Virus record (IMG/VR): IMGVR_UViG_3300044213_000051
Coordinates: 1-64,000 of that record
Strand: one strand, 5' to 3'
DNA: 64,000 nt
DNA from: a virus
Positions 37,967-49,376 of the stretch are shown here, one piece after another (the first letter of the stretch is position 1; every line of letters begins with the position of its first letter). A program made the position numbers and the translations under genes. The notes beneath the pieces are model-generated. The model did no database searches. It was not told the DNA's origin and saw only the letters and a program-made list of their open reading frames with translations.

Positions 37967-40132
37967 TTATGCGCCAATTTCTGAGAAATTAACACCAGTA
38001 CGGGCAGCCACAAAGTTAAGAGTAATGTAGTTGATAGAACGAGCTGGCTTAATAAAGATATCAGCAACGAATTGGTTCTCGTCGATAATCTGAGGAGTGT
38101 TGTTAGTGCTATCACACTTAACAACGAAGTCAGTAATACCACGGCGACCTTGAACGTCGCGTAGGAATGGTTCTACCAAGTTCTTAAATTGAGCTTGAGT
38201 GAATGGGTCGTTAAATTCAAACAACTGGAATTTAGCAGCTGTAGCAATTGCTTTTTCAAGAACAATAAACAGACGACGCACGTTGATACGATCAAACGCA
38301 CTTGGCTTAGCCAACATAGTTTTATCGCCGAACAATACAGTACCTTGTCCTGGGAAAGTAACAACTGGGTTAATTCCAGCGTTGTAAAGATTGTCGCGAT
38401 CTGTTTTATTTGGTTGAACAGCAAGTTTAACAACGTTCTTAATTTGACCACGATTTAAACCACCTGGAGAATACCATGGGTCATTAGTCAAATCAGTACG
38501 AGCGCACAAACCAGCGATATCGCCATTCAATGGAACCCAACGATATGTGTCGCTGTAACGATCGTATTGATATTTATAACCTGAATCAAGAACAGCATAA
38601 GAAGTGCTTGGTAGCGCATTGCGATACGCAACTAACTCATTAACAGCATTAGCTTGTTGTTGATTGTTAGTAATCAAGCTGCCATCAGTAACGTTCTCTG
38701 GTGATAGGAATGCCACGCAATCAGCACGACTTTCAACCATAGCGATAACTGCTTCTGCCACAGCAACTGAAGCTGGACCAACTGGAACTAAAGAGATGTC
38801 ATACAAAGTAGCATCGCCGTAAAGATTCCAAGCAGTAATTGTTTGACCATCAGTAGCAATAATATCATCAACACCACCACTTAATACTGTTGTAATTGGA
38901 GCAACAGCATTGAACGCATGGTTAAGAGCTGGAACACCCCAAGTTGCGCCAACTGGATGATCCATCCACCAGATGAATTTTGAGCTGCTGTTTAATACGT
39001 TTTTGTAGTAGTTGTTTGAACCATCTGCGTTCTTAGCATCAGATGCTTTAGAAACATAAGCAAATTTTTCTAGAACAGAACCTGCTTGACCAGTCCAACG
39101 ACCATCATTGTCAATAATAACAATGTGCATTTCGTCATTTGAACCACCAACACTAGCAACATACTCAGATGTTGTAGGAGCAGATTGGAAATAACCAGCA
39201 TATGCCCAAGTAGCAAAATCTGAAGTGCCAGAGCAAACAGAAACTAATAGAGAGTTACCTAGTGTTCCTGGATATTTCGCAGCGAATGGACCAACAACAC
39301 CTTCACCATCGATCCAGTTATTGATGTAATCGTTTTCGTTTAGAACTTTAACACCGCCAACAACGATAGTAGCATCAGCAACAGCACCAGTACCAGCACC
39401 ACCAGTTATAACTACTGTTGGGTTGTTAATGTAACCAGTTCCTGGATTTGTAATTGTGATACGAGAGATAGAAGATGTTGCGATACTTACAACACCAACA
39501 GTTGCGCCAGTACCAGTACCAGTAATAGTTACTGTTGGGCGAGTTACGTAACCTGAACCACCATTAGTAATAACGATACCAGTGATAGCACCAGCAACGA
39601 TAGTTGCAGTACCAGTAGCTTGAACACCACCTGGAATTGTTGGAGCAGAGAAGCTAATTGTTGCGTTGCTATAACCAGAACCACCAGCAGCGATAGTTAC
39701 GGCAGTAACTGCACCACCAGTCAAGAATGCTGAAGCAGTAGCTTGTGTACCACCAGCTTCATCTGGAGCAGATAATGTTACAGTTGGGTTAGTTGTATAA
39801 CCAGAACCAGCATTGTCTAAGTTAATAGCAGAAACTGAACCCGATTGGATCGCAACAGCGTTTCTGTGATTAACAGTGTCAATACGAGTAACCAATAGGT
39901 TGCTTGCATACGACAAGAAATTTGCGGCAGTAAACCATGACTGAGCATTGTCAGCAAATGGGCGACCGAAACGACTAACTAACTCGTTTTCGGAACTAAT
40001 TGTCACAGGTTGAAGAACTGGACCCCATACAAAAGTTCCAACAGTTGCGCCAGCAGAAGTTGATACAGCTGGAATGATGGAAGTGAAGTCTTTTTCTACG
40101 ACTGCAACGCCAGGACTTAATTGAAAAGGCAT
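37967..40132 (-). CDS. 18: Tail sheath protein (T4 gp18) with inserted repeat domain
   Basis: LSPGVAVVEKD, PWYSPGGLNRG, FDRINVRRLF, IKPARSINYITLNF. Confidence 0.97.
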   Translation of the reverse strand: MPFQLSPGVAVVEKDFTSIIPAVSTSAGATVGTFVWGPVLQPVTISSENELVSRFGRPFADNAQSWFTAANFLSYASNLLVTRIDTVNHRNAVAIQSGSVSAINLDNAGSGYTTNPTVTLSAPDEAGGTQATASAFLTGGAVTAVTIAAGGSGYSNATISFSAPTIPGGVQATGTATIVAGAITGIVITNGGSGYVTRPTVTITGTGTGATVGVVSIATSSISRITITNPGTGYINNPTVVITGGAGTGAVADATIVVGGVKVLNENDYINNWIDGEGVVGPFAAKYPGTLGNSLLVSVCSGTSDFATWAYAGYFQSAPTTSEYVASVGGSNDEMHIVIIDNDGRWTGQAGSVLEKFAYVSKASDAKNADGSNNYYKNVLNSSSKFIWWMDHPVGATWGVPALNHAFNAVAPITTVLSGGVDDIIATDGQTITAWNLYGDATLYDISLVPVGPASVAVAEAVIAMVESRADCVAFLSPENVTDGSLITNNQQQANAVNELVAYRNALPSTSYAVLDSGYKYQYDRYSDTYRWVPLNGDIAGLCARTDLTNDPWYSPGGLNRGQIKNVVKLAVQPNKTDRDNLYNAGINPVVTFPGQGTVLFGDKTMLAKPSAFDRINVRRLFIVLEKAIATAAKFQLFEFNDPFTQAQFKNLVEPFLRDVQGRRGITDFVVKCDSTNNTPQIIDENQFVADIFIKPARSINYITLNFVAARTGVNFSEIGA

Positions 40133-40212
40133 TGTAATTCTCCTTATTACGTTATTCTATTTTGCTTCGAGGAGCACTTGAAAGCACTAATTTATTTATT
40201 GAAAACCTAATT

Positions 40213-41790
40213 TCAGAAGTTCAATAAGTTCTCTTTTTCTATTCCATCATCTATAAAACCAAATGGGGTCAATTCTTCCTCCATGGCTTGAATCTTTTTC
40301 TCGTACATTAATTGTCTTAGATTTATATTATTTAGCTCTTTAAAATAACTCGTACTTGTGAGCCAAGAGAACAAAACGCAACACATAACCAAGTCATCGT
40401 GGTATCCATCATCTGCTTTGTATGTACCTTTGGTTTCAATAAAGGTTGATATTTCAGAGATAATATCTGGATCTTCGATGATAAATTTGTTTTCTTCAAC
40501 TAATGCTTTGAAATTATGACAACCTGTGCGCTTAACTTTTTTATCAGTTTGTACACCAAGTTGCGTTTTACCACCACCAAAACCACCCGAAACTGTCTGA
40601 GACTGTGTAGTTCTGTTTACGAAAATTATGTTCTCATACTCCAATTCGTTATGTAAAATGTACGGAACTTGCTCACTAAAGTTGGTTTCGACCAATACCC
40701 ATGCTTCATTAAATTGTTTTCCAACGTGAGCAATTACGTTTGGATACATCAATGGGCTAATAGTTGTATTTTTATATTTACCAACCAATCTGTATGGAGC
40801 TTCAGTGATATCAGCAATCACGAATGCTGAAGCATCACCACCAACACCTTCTGCCGTATCAGCAACAATAACATAACTGTGCCCTTTCTTTGGATTTTCA
40901 TAAAGATCTAAACCATCTTTACTAAACACAGTTACAGCTGTTGACATTTTGGCAATAACGTCAGCATTAATAAGCGTCAAACTAGAACCAAGGAATTTAC
41001 ATAATACTTCTTGGTTATATTTTAATTCGCCCAACATTCCTTTCTGTTCAGCTGCCCATTTCTCATCACGTCCTGGAATTTTCCAGTATGGAATGTACAA
41101 TGGAACGAACCCATTTCTACCTTTTTCTGCGTCGTTCCAGAATTTCCAGAAGTGATTATAACCAAGTGGTGTTGAACTTAAAAGAATTTTAGTTGTTTCA
41201 CCAGCAGAAATTGTAGGATAAACTGAAGTAAAGAACTGCTCAGCAACAGTATTAGGAATAATCGCAGCCTCGTCAACATATAAAAGGTTAACAGATTTAC
41301 CTCGAATACCACTAGCAGAAGTCGCAGCAGTAAATACTTTTGATCCATTTTCGAGTTCTACGTCACCCTTGTTCCAAGTAGTGACCCCTTGTTTTAGCCA
41401 GTTAGGTAAATGTTCAAACATTAATTGATAACGATCTAAAACTTCACGAGCAGCTGTAGCTTTGTTTGCCAGAATAGCTACGTTCTTATTTTCTTGGAAG
41501 TTTGTGTACCACAAAATATAAGCAGCAGATGTAGTTGTTTTACCCTGCTGACGACCTTCCATAAGAATAACCCTACGATTTTCGTGGATTACTTTAACCT
41601 TATCTCGTTGGCAATCATATAACTTAAATGGTATTAATCCGTGGTCAAGTGAAACAATTTTACAATAATTTTCAATAAAATATATTGGATCCTGGGAACA
41701 TTTAACCCATTCTTCAATTTGTTCTTGTGTGAATTGAACTGCCACATTGGCAGCTTTCAGGTTCACATTTGCATTATAAATTTGTGCCAT
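40213..41790 (-). CDS. 17: Terminase large subunit (T4 gp17)
   Basis: RQQGKTT, YVDEAA, SSTPLG.NHF, GYHDDLVM. Confidence 0.97.
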   Translation of the reverse strand: MAQIYNANVNLKAANVAVQFTQEQIEEWVKCSQDPIYFIENYCKIVSLDHGLIPFKLYDCQRDKVKVIHENRRVILMEGRQQGKTTTSAAYILWYTNFQENKNVAILANKATAAREVLDRYQLMFEHLPNWLKQGVTTWNKGDVELENGSKVFTAATSASGIRGKSVNLLYVDEAAIIPNTVAEQFFTSVYPTISAGETTKILLSSTPLGYNHFWKFWNDAEKGRNGFVPLYIPYWKIPGRDEKWAAEQKGMLGELKYNQEVLCKFLGSSLTLINADVIAKMSTAVTVFSKDGLDLYENPKKGHSYVIVADTAEGVGGDASAFVIADITEAPYRLVGKYKNTTISPLMYPNVIAHVGKQFNEAWVLVETNFSEQVPYILHNELEYENIIFVNRTTQSQTVSGGFGGGKTQLGVQTDKKVKRTGCHNFKALVEENKFIIEDPDIISEISTFIETKGTYKADDGYHDDLVMCCVLFSWLTSTSYFKELNNINLRQLMYEKKIQAMEEELTPFGFIDDGIEKENLLNF

Positions 41791-41792
41791 GA

Positions 41793-42548
41793 TTAAAAAT
41801 TAGTTGTCCAGTCTTCTTGACTAACTGTGGCATTAACCACATTTCCTGTTGCCGTATAAACTCTATTCGGAGCACTAAAATCTTTATTTTCTCCGATATT
41901 CGCATCAACCTTAGTAATAATACCTTGACCAGTAACAGGTCCAAATAGATTTAGTTTCATTTCAAAATTAAGTGTATGTGTTACGTATCTTCTATCTTGA
42001 AAATCGCCATCATATTCGTCTACAACAGAAACGCTATTTAAGATAACAGGAACAGGCATCGTAACTCCCAACTCTGGTACCATCTCTACTTGCATAGTAT
42101 ATTCTGGTGTGAATGTTGGAAGAATCTGTTCAATAATCTGCATACCGTCTTCTTGTGTTTTAGTAATAACATAAAGAGAGATGTCTAGATTATACGGAAC
42201 AGGTGTGTATGCTGTCGATAAATTGTTCGCATTGGTTGTATCTGTTGCTGTAATTTTATTCATACGATTAACCTTACGAGTTGAATCGTAAACATACCCA
42301 ATAATTTCAAATGACATTCTTGGCAACGTAACCATTGTTACATTATTTTCTATGTCTGGTTGCTGATCAATACGAACTAACCATTTCTCTTTCGGAGCAT
42401 ACGAAATTGGAATTTGTAAACGCTGAACAGTTGTTCCGTTAACAGAATCACCCTGTTTACGATCGATGTAAATGCTGCTGAACAAACGACCGAACGAAAC
42501 GATCGCTTTTCTTATCGAGCCATGGTAATAAACATTTCCGCCAAGCAT
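41793..42548 (-). CDS. 15: Tail sheath stabiliser/terminator (T4 gp15)
   Basis: IVSFGRLF, PISYAPKEKWL, LPRMSFE, QIIEQILPTF.P. Confidence 0.94.
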   Translation of the reverse strand: MLGGNVYYHGSIRKAIVSFGRLFSSIYIDRKQGDSVNGTTVQRLQIPISYAPKEKWLVRIDQQPDIENNVTMVTLPRMSFEIIGYVYDSTRKVNRMNKITATDTTNANNLSTAYTPVPYNLDISLYVITKTQEDGMQIIEQILPTFTPEYTMQVEMVPELGVTMPVPVILNSVSVVDEYDGDFQDRRYVTHTLNFEMKLNLFGPVTGQGIITKVDANIGENKDFSAPNRVYTATGNVVNATVSQEDWTTNF

Positions 42549-43474
42549 TAAGTTACATCTCCGAATGGGTTAGATTCACTAAAGTCTAAGAAATTAGTAG
42601 ACTCAAGTTTGAATTCATTATTTTGTCCAACATTGCCTTGTTTGTCGATATCGGTGTGTAGAACAGCTGTAGCAGTTGCGACGTCAGCAGCATTTCCAGT
42701 TCCTGGAGAACTAAACGTAATTGTTGGGGCAGCTTGATAACCATGACCAACGTTGGTAATATGTATTGCTGTAACTTTACCGTTTGTAATATCGCAAGTT
42801 GCCGTAGCACCTTTACCACCATCACCTGCAGCAGCACTAATAGTTACGCTAGGAGCAGTTTGGTATCCATTACCTGGATTTGTTAAAGTAATATCGAAAA
42901 CTCCACCAGCATCGCTGCGAGTAACGTTAGTAGTAAATGATTTTAATGTTTCAAAATTATCAATTTCAGCAACACCAGTGTCCAACAACTCTGACGCATA
43001 TTGGAACAATTCTATTTGTAATTTGTAAACATATAGTTTACCTAACTGATAGAATGGGTCTTGGTGTTGAACAAATTTAATTTCAAACAATCCCTTAGTT
43101 AATGGGAAATAAATTAAATCGCCTTCGTTTGGTCTATTCGGTAATGTTGTCATTCCATATTGACCAACAAGTTGATCCCAACGGCGACGAGCTACAACCA
43201 AAGTAGCTGACTGTTCTATTACCAAACCAAATTTCTGAATAAATGCGCCTTGACCAGCAAGGGAATCCACATTTTCAAAATACATTTCAATAGGAAACGC
43301 AGATTTAAATGTGCTTAAACGATCTTCACCAAGAATATCGTCTTTGGAAACTAATGAACGTGGGATGTACATTACCTCATTACCATAAATCTTTAAAGAT
43401 TCAATAATAATGTCTTCGATAAGGAACTGTTCGTTCTCAGTTCCTTGCGTAAAATATACGTTTACTGTACTCAT
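42548..43474 (-). CDS. 14: Neck protein (T4 gp14) with inserted repeat domain
   Basis: ESLKIYG, YIPR, RPNEGDLIYFP, PFYQLGK.YVY, DFSESNPFG. Confidence 0.94.
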   Translation of the reverse strand: MSTVNVYFTQGTENEQFLIEDIIIESLKIYGNEVMYIPRSLVSKDDILGEDRLSTFKSAFPIEMYFENVDSLAGQGAFIQKFGLVIEQSATLVVARRRWDQLVGQYGMTTLPNRPNEGDLIYFPLTKGLFEIKFVQHQDPFYQLGKLYVYKLQIELFQYASELLDTGVAEIDNFETLKSFTTNVTRSDAGGVFDITLTNPGNGYQTAPSVTISAAAGDGGKGATATCDITNGKVTAIHITNVGHGYQAAPTITFSSPGTGNAADVATATAVLHTDIDKQGNVGQNNEFKLESTNFLDFSESNPFGDVT

Positions 43475-43475
43475 G

Positions 43476-44453
43476 TTAACCCATTATGAATTCTAACGGA
43501 GCAGACTTATTTCTCAAGTCGTCTTCAAGATCTTTAATTTCTTGAATTGCTTCTGCGTATAATTTGTCTCCATCTAAAGTAACGCCACCTGGAAGTTGTA
43601 GTCCAGAAAACTTTTTAAGGTTTGTTGCCCATTGTCGTTTGAATAATGCAGTTGTATACAATTTTAACCACCCATCATTCCACATTGCAGTCCAAACATT
43701 CGGATCAAGAATCGCATAACACTCAGCGACAATCCAGTCACCTATGTTTACGTTCTGTTCCCAATTCATATCCAACCAAATTTGTTGCTGCATTCTATTA
43801 AATCTAAACTGAATTTTACCATTTAATGTAAAATCTAATAAATCCAAATGATTCATTACTGTTTTATAGTAAATAATAGAAGTGGCAGTTAAATCATACA
43901 AGTCATTCAAACGCAATTGGTATTGAATGTCGAACATATTTTTAGAACTTGATGTTCCAGCCAAAGGAAGGATCTGAGTTACACCATACACCAGTGGACT
44001 AACTGGAATAGATTTCGTATAAAAATCTCCAGGAATAAAATAATCTGATGTCGATTCTAAAACTGCTGATAAACCAGCACCAGTAATAGTTTCACCTGGA
44101 AGGAAAATAGAAGTATCAGCAAGTTTTGGGTTTTGAATATCACCAACTTGAATTGTTGACGCATCAAATGGATCGTTAATTAACGCAGTGGCGCCAGAGG
44201 TTTCTCCTGTAATAACAGTACCCTTGATCCATTGAGAAGCAACTGGAGTTGTTAATTTTAACCCCGAACCAGTTAACTTATGCTTCATCCAAATTTTTTC
44301 TATACCATCCCAATGGTATAGACTATACATAGCTAACGCTTCGTCAATACGATCTTCTAATTGATCATCGTCCACGTTAATTTCAAGAACAGGTGCGCCA
44401 AGGTTTCTCAGCGCATACTGTTTTAAATCTTCTCTAGATGCTAAAGCAGCCAT
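43476..44453 (-). CDS. 13: Neck protein (T4 gp13)
   Basis: LRNLGAPVLEINVDDDQ, KRQWATNLKKF, LPGGVTLDG. Confidence 0.95.
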   Translation of the reverse strand: MAALASREDLKQYALRNLGAPVLEINVDDDQLEDRIDEALAMYSLYHWDGIEKIWMKHKLTGSGLKLTTPVASQWIKGTVITGETSGATALINDPFDASTIQVGDIQNPKLADTSIFLPGETITGAGLSAVLESTSDYFIPGDFYTKSIPVSPLVYGVTQILPLAGTSSSKNMFDIQYQLRLNDLYDLTATSIIYYKTVMNHLDLLDFTLNGKIQFRFNRMQQQIWLDMNWEQNVNIGDWIVAECYAILDPNVWTAMWNDGWLKLYTTALFKRQWATNLKKFSGLQLPGGVTLDGDKLYAEAIQEIKDLEDDLRNKSAPLEFIMG

Positions 44454-44461
44454 GTTTTCCT

Positions 44462-45031
44462 CTAAGTAAATTTCGGTCCTTCAAACCAACCGACTAAACT
44501 ATATCTTTTACCCTTAGTCACTGGTGTTAATCTATGATAAACAAAGGAAGGGAATGTTAACAATGTTCCTTGTTTTCTTACTATTTCTGCAGGTGGTGTT
44601 TCAGTAAGATTTTCCAAAACTAAATCGCCACCTTCATATGTTTGTTCATCTGATAATTGAAGAACGAATGTAACTTTTCTATGGTTGTTTGATGGATTAA
44701 TCCAAAAAACATCTTGGTGAGATTTATACTCACCTTTATAAGACTCATCATATTCAGTAAACTGTAAATATGGTAAAGAATTGATATTAAATCCATACCA
44801 ATTTTTATTTACATTAAGTAACATTTTCCAGTAATCTTCAAATACCATCCAGAAATCTTGATTCTCTGGATGAATCCATCTAACTTTAGATCTTCTATAA
44901 TTATCATCACCAACTTTACCTTCATATCCCAAAGTTGGATCTTCTGGAGTAATCTTTAATGCTTTTTCTATAATAAAATCGCACTGCTCTTTTGTATAAA
45001 AAGATTCATTATATACCCATTCACCTTTCAT
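44462..45031 (-). CDS. 2OG-Fe(II) oxygenase (PKHD/prolyl-hydroxylase-like)
   Basis: QFTEY, HQD, RKVTFVLQLS, YEGGDL, FPSFVYHRLTPV, RYSLVGW. Confidence 0.9.
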   Translation of the reverse strand: MKGEWVYNESFYTKEQCDFIIEKALKITPEDPTLGYEGKVGDDNYRRSKVRWIHPENQDFWMVFEDYWKMLLNVNKNWYGFNINSLPYLQFTEYDESYKGEYKSHQDVFWINPSNNHRKVTFVLQLSDEQTYEGGDLVLENLTETPPAEIVRKQGTLLTFPSFVYHRLTPVTKGKRYSLVGWFEGPKFT

Positions 45032-45042
45032 TATATCTCCAA

Positions 45043-45282
45043 TCAAATTACGTTAAGAATAATACCTTGTTCTATTTCCCTTTGAATTTGCGCAGTTAAT
45101 ATAGAAATTACATTATTTTTCATTTCTGTATTAAATTGAATTCCTTGTTTCGCCAACTGCAAATTAGTTCCTGGAACAACAGCAATCAGATTATATGTAT
45201 CTTCATGCACAACATCGTTATGTGTAAACCTGATTGTCGCAGTCCAAGACACATCATCTTCAGTAATAATTTCAACTTGCAT
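45043..45282 (-). CDS. Small hypothetical protein downstream of tail fibre
   Basis: 79 aa with GGAG RBS, overlaps the fibre stop. Confidence 0.6.
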   Translation of the reverse strand: MQVEIITEDDVSWTATIRFTHNDVVHEDTYNLIAVVPGTNLQLAKQGIQFNTEMKNNVISILTAQIQREIEQGIILNVI

Positions 45283-48200
45283 TATTTTCTCCAGTTAATT
45301 TAGAAATAATATTTTCTAGTTGTGCGATTCTCGCTTCAAGAGCTGCAACTTTGTCGTCAGTTTGTTTAGAAGCAACTGCAAGAATTGCTGTAGTTTCGCC
45401 GTAAGCAACAGAAAGAGTTCCAGTTCCAGTAGTTAATTTCAAACTGTCGTCAGCTTCTGCTACAAACTCAGAGCATCCATTATCACGTAGAGTTTGTGCT
45501 CCATAACCAATAGAAGTTCTACCTTCACGTTCATATTTAATCGCTGCAGCAGCAAGGGTATTTCTTCTTTCTGTTACATTATCAATCTCACGAACATTAT
45601 CTTTTAGACGTAAGTCAGAATATGTTTGAACGAAACCACCGAAAGTAGTGTTGCCATTCATATCTGAGATCATTAACCAACCCCACTGAGGGTTGTAAAC
45701 ACCCCAAGTTCCACCGTTGGCCATTAATATACAGTTGTTTGGATAAACACCGAAACCACGCCAACCATTTAAACCTGAGCCATATGTTCCCACGTTACCA
45801 TAACTATATTCGTTATCAGAAGCACGAATACCACGACCGTAATCTTCCCAGTAAACACCAGTAGCACCTTGACATCTATGCCAGTCGTTTGCGTAAATTC
45901 TTGTTCCGTAAACATAACCAGTAAATGTTCCACCACCCCATGGCGAGCCAGATGGACCAGTAGGACCTGTTGGACCAGGAGAACCAGCAGGACCTGTCGG
46001 ACCAGTTGAGCCAGTAGGACCTGTCGGACCAGGACTACCAGGAGCACCAGTTGGACCAGCCGAACCAGTCGGACCTGTTGGACCTGTTGGACCAGGAGAA
46101 CCTGTTGCGCCTGTTGGACCTGTTAATCCTGTTGGACCAGGAGAACCAGCAGGACCTGTTGGACCTGTTGGACCAGGAGAACCTGTTAATCCTGTTGGAC
46201 CAGTAGGACCAGTAGGACCTGTTGCACCAGTAGGACCTGTCGGACCTGTTGCACCAGTGGCACCAGTTACACCTTGAATACCTTGAGAACCAGTATCAGT
46301 GATTGTCCAAGTAGACAATGTTCCACTACCACCAACATAATCAACACTGATTGTTAATGTAGTTGCGCTATATGCAGTAATAGCACCAGCGACAAAGTTT
46401 GTTGGAGCAGCTGTGTTAAACGCACGAACGTACTGACCAACAACGAAAGCATTAGTTCCTTGCGCTTGGTTAACTGTAAATGTTTTAGAACCAGTTCCGA
46501 TAAGAACTGAAGAAGTAGAAGTTAAACCACCATATCCTAAACCATTGGCGCCAGTTGGACCTGTTGCACCAGCAGGACCTGTTGCGCCTGTTGCGCCTGT
46601 TGCGCCTTGTGGACCTGTTGGACCTGTTGGACCTGTTGCACCAGTGGCACCTGTAGATCCTGTCGGACCTGTTGCACCAGTGGCACCTTGTGGTATAGTA
46701 AAGTTTAAAACTGCAGCAGAAGTTGTTCCGCTATTTGTAACTGTTACGCTTGTTCCAGAAGCACCTGTTGTTACTGTTCCTACAGTAACAGTGGCAGCAC
46801 TTCCTGTTGGACCTGTTGCGCCAGTAGGACCTGTTGGACCAGGAGCTCCTGTTGGACCAGTAGGACCTGTTGGACCAGTAACACCAGAAGTGTTTGTCCA
46901 TTTACTTGTTGTTGAATTATAAACAAGTACTTGATTGTTTGTTGGAGATGTTATGCTTACATCTGATAAGTTAGCAACTGGAATAGAAATATTCGCACTA
47001 CCATCAAATGACACACCAGCAATGGTACGAGCAGTTGCTAGCTTAGTAGCTGTATCAGCATTACCTGTCAAAGCACCAACGAAGCTAGTAGAAGTAACAG
47101 AAGTTAAACCAGCAAGTGTTGTGCTAGAAGATCCCAGTGCAATCGCAGTAGTACCAACAGTAACAGAACTGTTGGCAAGTGCTGTATTTGGAATAGAACT
47201 TAAACGAGCATTCGGTAAAGTTCCACTAGTAATATTTGATGCGTTGGTAGTATCAGTTGTAGCTGATGCTGCTAGACCAGTAATCTTGCTAGTTGCGATA
47301 GAACCAGCAAGCATTGTATTTGTTACGGTGCCAGTATCACCTGTTGTAACAACAGTACCAGTGACTGCTGGTATAGTGATAGTATTAGTACCAGCAACGG
47401 CAGGAACTTGAACTGTTATAGTACCAGAAGTTGATCCGTTAAGTAATAATGTTTTACCTGCTGCTAAAGCTAAATGCTCAGAAGAAGTCCAAGCACCAGT
47501 GGCATTATACCAGTTGAATGTCTTATCAGTAGTTCCGTGTAGTTTTAAACCACCACCATCAGCTGTAGTATTAGTTGGAGTTGTTACTGTACCAAGTTCG
47601 ATATTTTTATCTGCAATCTGAACAGTTACAGAATTTAGATATTCTGTTGTACCATTAACTGTTAGGTTGCCCGTTACGACTAAGTTTCCACCAAGACTAG
47701 TATTTCCTGTTGTAGTAAGCGCAGCAAATGTCGGAGATGCAGTAGTAGAAATATCTTGAACAGTACTAATAACACCAGTAGTGCTATTATAAGAAATACC
47801 AGTACCAGCTGATAGAGCAGCACGTGCACGTGTATCTGTATAGTAAAGGTTTGTTCCTTCAGCAATATCGCTTGTTGTAGCTGACGCACCAACAGTTGCA
47901 CGACCCTTAGCATCAACAGTAATCTTAGTATAAGTACCAGCAGTTACACCAGAAGAAGCAAGAGTTAAGACAGACGAACCAGCAGAAGTAGTAGCATCAC
48001 CAGTAAATGCTGGTAAACGAGCATTCGGTAAAGTGCCAGAACTAATATTAGAAGCATTAGTAGTATCAGTTGTAGCTGAGGCAGCTAAACCAGTAATTTT
48101 ACTTGTTGGAATAGAACCAGCCAACATAGTGCTAGTAACAGTACCACTGTCAGCTGACGTGATAACAGTACCAGTAACTGCTGGTAGAGTGATAGTATTA

Positions 48201-49366
48201 GTTCCAGCAATTGCTGTTGCTAATAAAGTAACTCCTCCACTTGTTGAACCATTGAATAAAGCACCAGTTCCACCAATCGCTGGTAGAGTTAAAGTTTTAT
48301 TTAATAGAGTTTGTGTTCCAGTTAATGTAACAACAGTAGAGTCAATAGAAACTGTTTGACCTGATACAGTAATACCAGTACCTGAGCTAGTAACTACTAT
48401 ATTAGAAGTGCCATCAAAAGTTACACCGTTAATTGTTCTTGCTGTTGCTAGCTTAGTCGCAGTATCTGCGTTGCCAGTAAGAGCACCAACGAAACTTGTT
48501 GATGTTACGCTAGTCAAACCAGCAAGTGTTGTGCTCGCAGCACCGAGAGAAATAGTTGTTGTACCAACTGTTACAGAACTGTTGATCAGTTTACCGTTGG
48601 CAATAGAACCAGCCAACATTGCGTTGGTAACAGTACCAGCGTCGCCAGTTGTGATAACAGTACCTGTTGTAGCAGGCAATGTGATAACAGTACCAGTACC
48701 AGCAGTTGAACTTGGAATAAGCTGGATAGAACCTGAAGTTGATCCAGGTAATGTTACTGAAGAGATACCAGTTAATGCTAAGTTTGCGCTTGCTCTGTTT
48801 AAAGCTACAGCAGTAGTACCAATATAGTGGGTATCAGTGGAGTTAGCGATACCAGTGATCGCACCATTAACGCCATTGACAGAAAGAACACCAGTGTTAG
48901 CAATAGTTACTGCGCCAGAACCATCGAAACTTGTGCCACTTAAACCAGTACCAATAGTAAGAGCATTAGTAGTACTGGCTTTAATTGTGATAGCTGCACT
49001 ACCATCGAATGCTACGCCATTAATATTAGCTGCAGTTAATAGTTTAGTAGCTGTACTTGCGTTGCCAGTAAGAGCACCAACGAAACTAGTAGAAGTAACA
49101 GAAGTTAAACCAGCTAAGGTTGTCGAAGAAGAACCTAATGAGATTGTTGTAGTACCAACAGTAACAGAACTGTTTGCTAATTTAGTATTAGGGATTGACG
49201 ATACGTTACTTAAATCTGCTCTAGCAAGTTGATAACCACCAGCAGTAACACCATCGTGAACGTGTAAAGTATTAAGTGTTGTATTGAATGTAGCTTCAGC
49301 CAACTGACCTGTAAAAGTCGAATGTTGGGTAGCAGTACCTCTTCTTAGTTGTATTTGAATTGACAT
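45272..49366 (-). CDS. Long tail fibre: Mtd-N-like N-terminus, Thr/Gly-rich repeats, collagen (GXT)n blocks, C-terminal S74 intramolecular chaperone
   Basis: IQLRRGT...HDGVTAGG; (GPT/GAT)n; SDLRLKDNV...IGYGAQ...coiled coil. Confidence 0.88.
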   Translation of the reverse strand: MSIQIQLRRGTATQHSTFTGQLAEATFNTTLNTLHVHDGVTAGGYQLARADLSNVSSIPNTKLANSSVTVGTTTISLGSSSTTLAGLTSVTSTSFVGALTGNASTATKLLTAANINGVAFDGSAAITIKASTTNALTIGTGLSGTSFDGSGAVTIANTGVLSVNGVNGAITGIANSTDTHYIGTTAVALNRASANLALTGISSVTLPGSTSGSIQLIPSSTAGTGTVITLPATTGTVITTGDAGTVTNAMLAGSIANGKLINSSVTVGTTTISLGAASTTLAGLTSVTSTSFVGALTGNADTATKLATARTINGVTFDGTSNIVVTSSGTGITVSGQTVSIDSTVVTLTGTQTLLNKTLTLPAIGGTGALFNGSTSGGVTLLATAIAGTNTITLPAVTGTVITSADSGTVTSTMLAGSIPTSKITGLAASATTDTTNASNISSGTLPNARLPAFTGDATTSAGSSVLTLASSGVTAGTYTKITVDAKGRATVGASATTSDIAEGTNLYYTDTRARAALSAGTGISYNSTTGVISTVQDISTTASPTFAALTTTGNTSLGGNLVVTGNLTVNGTTEYLNSVTVQIADKNIELGTVTTPTNTTADGGGLKLHGTTDKTFNWYNATGAWTSSEHLALAAGKTLLLNGSTSGTITVQVPAVAGTNTITIPAVTGTVVTTGDTGTVTNTMLAGSIATSKITGLAASATTDTTNASNITSGTLPNARLSSIPNTALANSSVTVGTTAIALGSSSTTLAGLTSVTSTSFVGALTGNADTATKLATARTIAGVSFDGSANISIPVANLSDVSITSPTNNQVLVYNSTTSKWTNTSGVTGPTGPTGPTGAPGPTGPTGATGPTGSAATVTVGTVTTGASGTSVTVTNSGTTSAAVLNFTIPQGATGATGPTGSTGATGATGPTGPTGPQGATGATGATGPAGATGPTGANGLGYGGLTSTSSVLIGTGSKTFTVNQAQGTNAFVVGQYVRAFNTAAPTNFVAGAITAYSATTLTISVDYVGGSGTLSTWTITDTGSQGIQGVTGATGATGPTGPTGATGPTGPTGPTGLTGSPGPTGPTGPAGSPGPTGLTGPTGATGSPGPTGPTGPTGSAGPTGAPGSPGPTGPTGSTGPTGPAGSPGPTGPTGPSGSPWGGGTFTGYVYGTRIYANDWHRCQGATGVYWEDYGRGIRASDNEYSYGNVGTYGSGLNGWRGFGVYPNNCILMANGGTWGVYNPQWGWLMISDMNGNTTFGGFVQTYSDLRLKDNVREIDNVTERRNTLAAAAIKYEREGRTSIGYGAQTLRDNGCSEFVAEADDSLKLTTGTGTLSVAYGETTAILAVASKQTDDKVAALEARIAQLENIISKLTGENNAS
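45955..46880 (-). repeat. Collagen-like 9-bp codon repeats in two blocks
   Basis: Degenerate GGACCTGTT/GGACCAGTA tandem repeats on the + strand, encoding Gly-Pro-Thr on the minus strand. Confidence 0.9.
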
Positions 49367-49376
49367 TGTTTACCTT

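Noticed and set aside
1328-41790. Inteins or group I introns in gp41, gp43, gp46, uvsW, gp20 or gp17
   Set aside because: All are uninterrupted and of normal length, with no splicing or homing-endonuclease motifs
45955-46880. Tandem short repeats resembling a CRISPR array or satellite
   Set aside because: 9-bp periodic, degenerate at third positions and no unique spacers: collagen coding sequence
45272-49366. Mtd-like N-terminus suggesting a diversity-generating retroelement
   Set aside because: No reverse transcriptase and no TR/VR pair with adenine-specific mismatches seen; internal repeats differ mainly at synonymous sites
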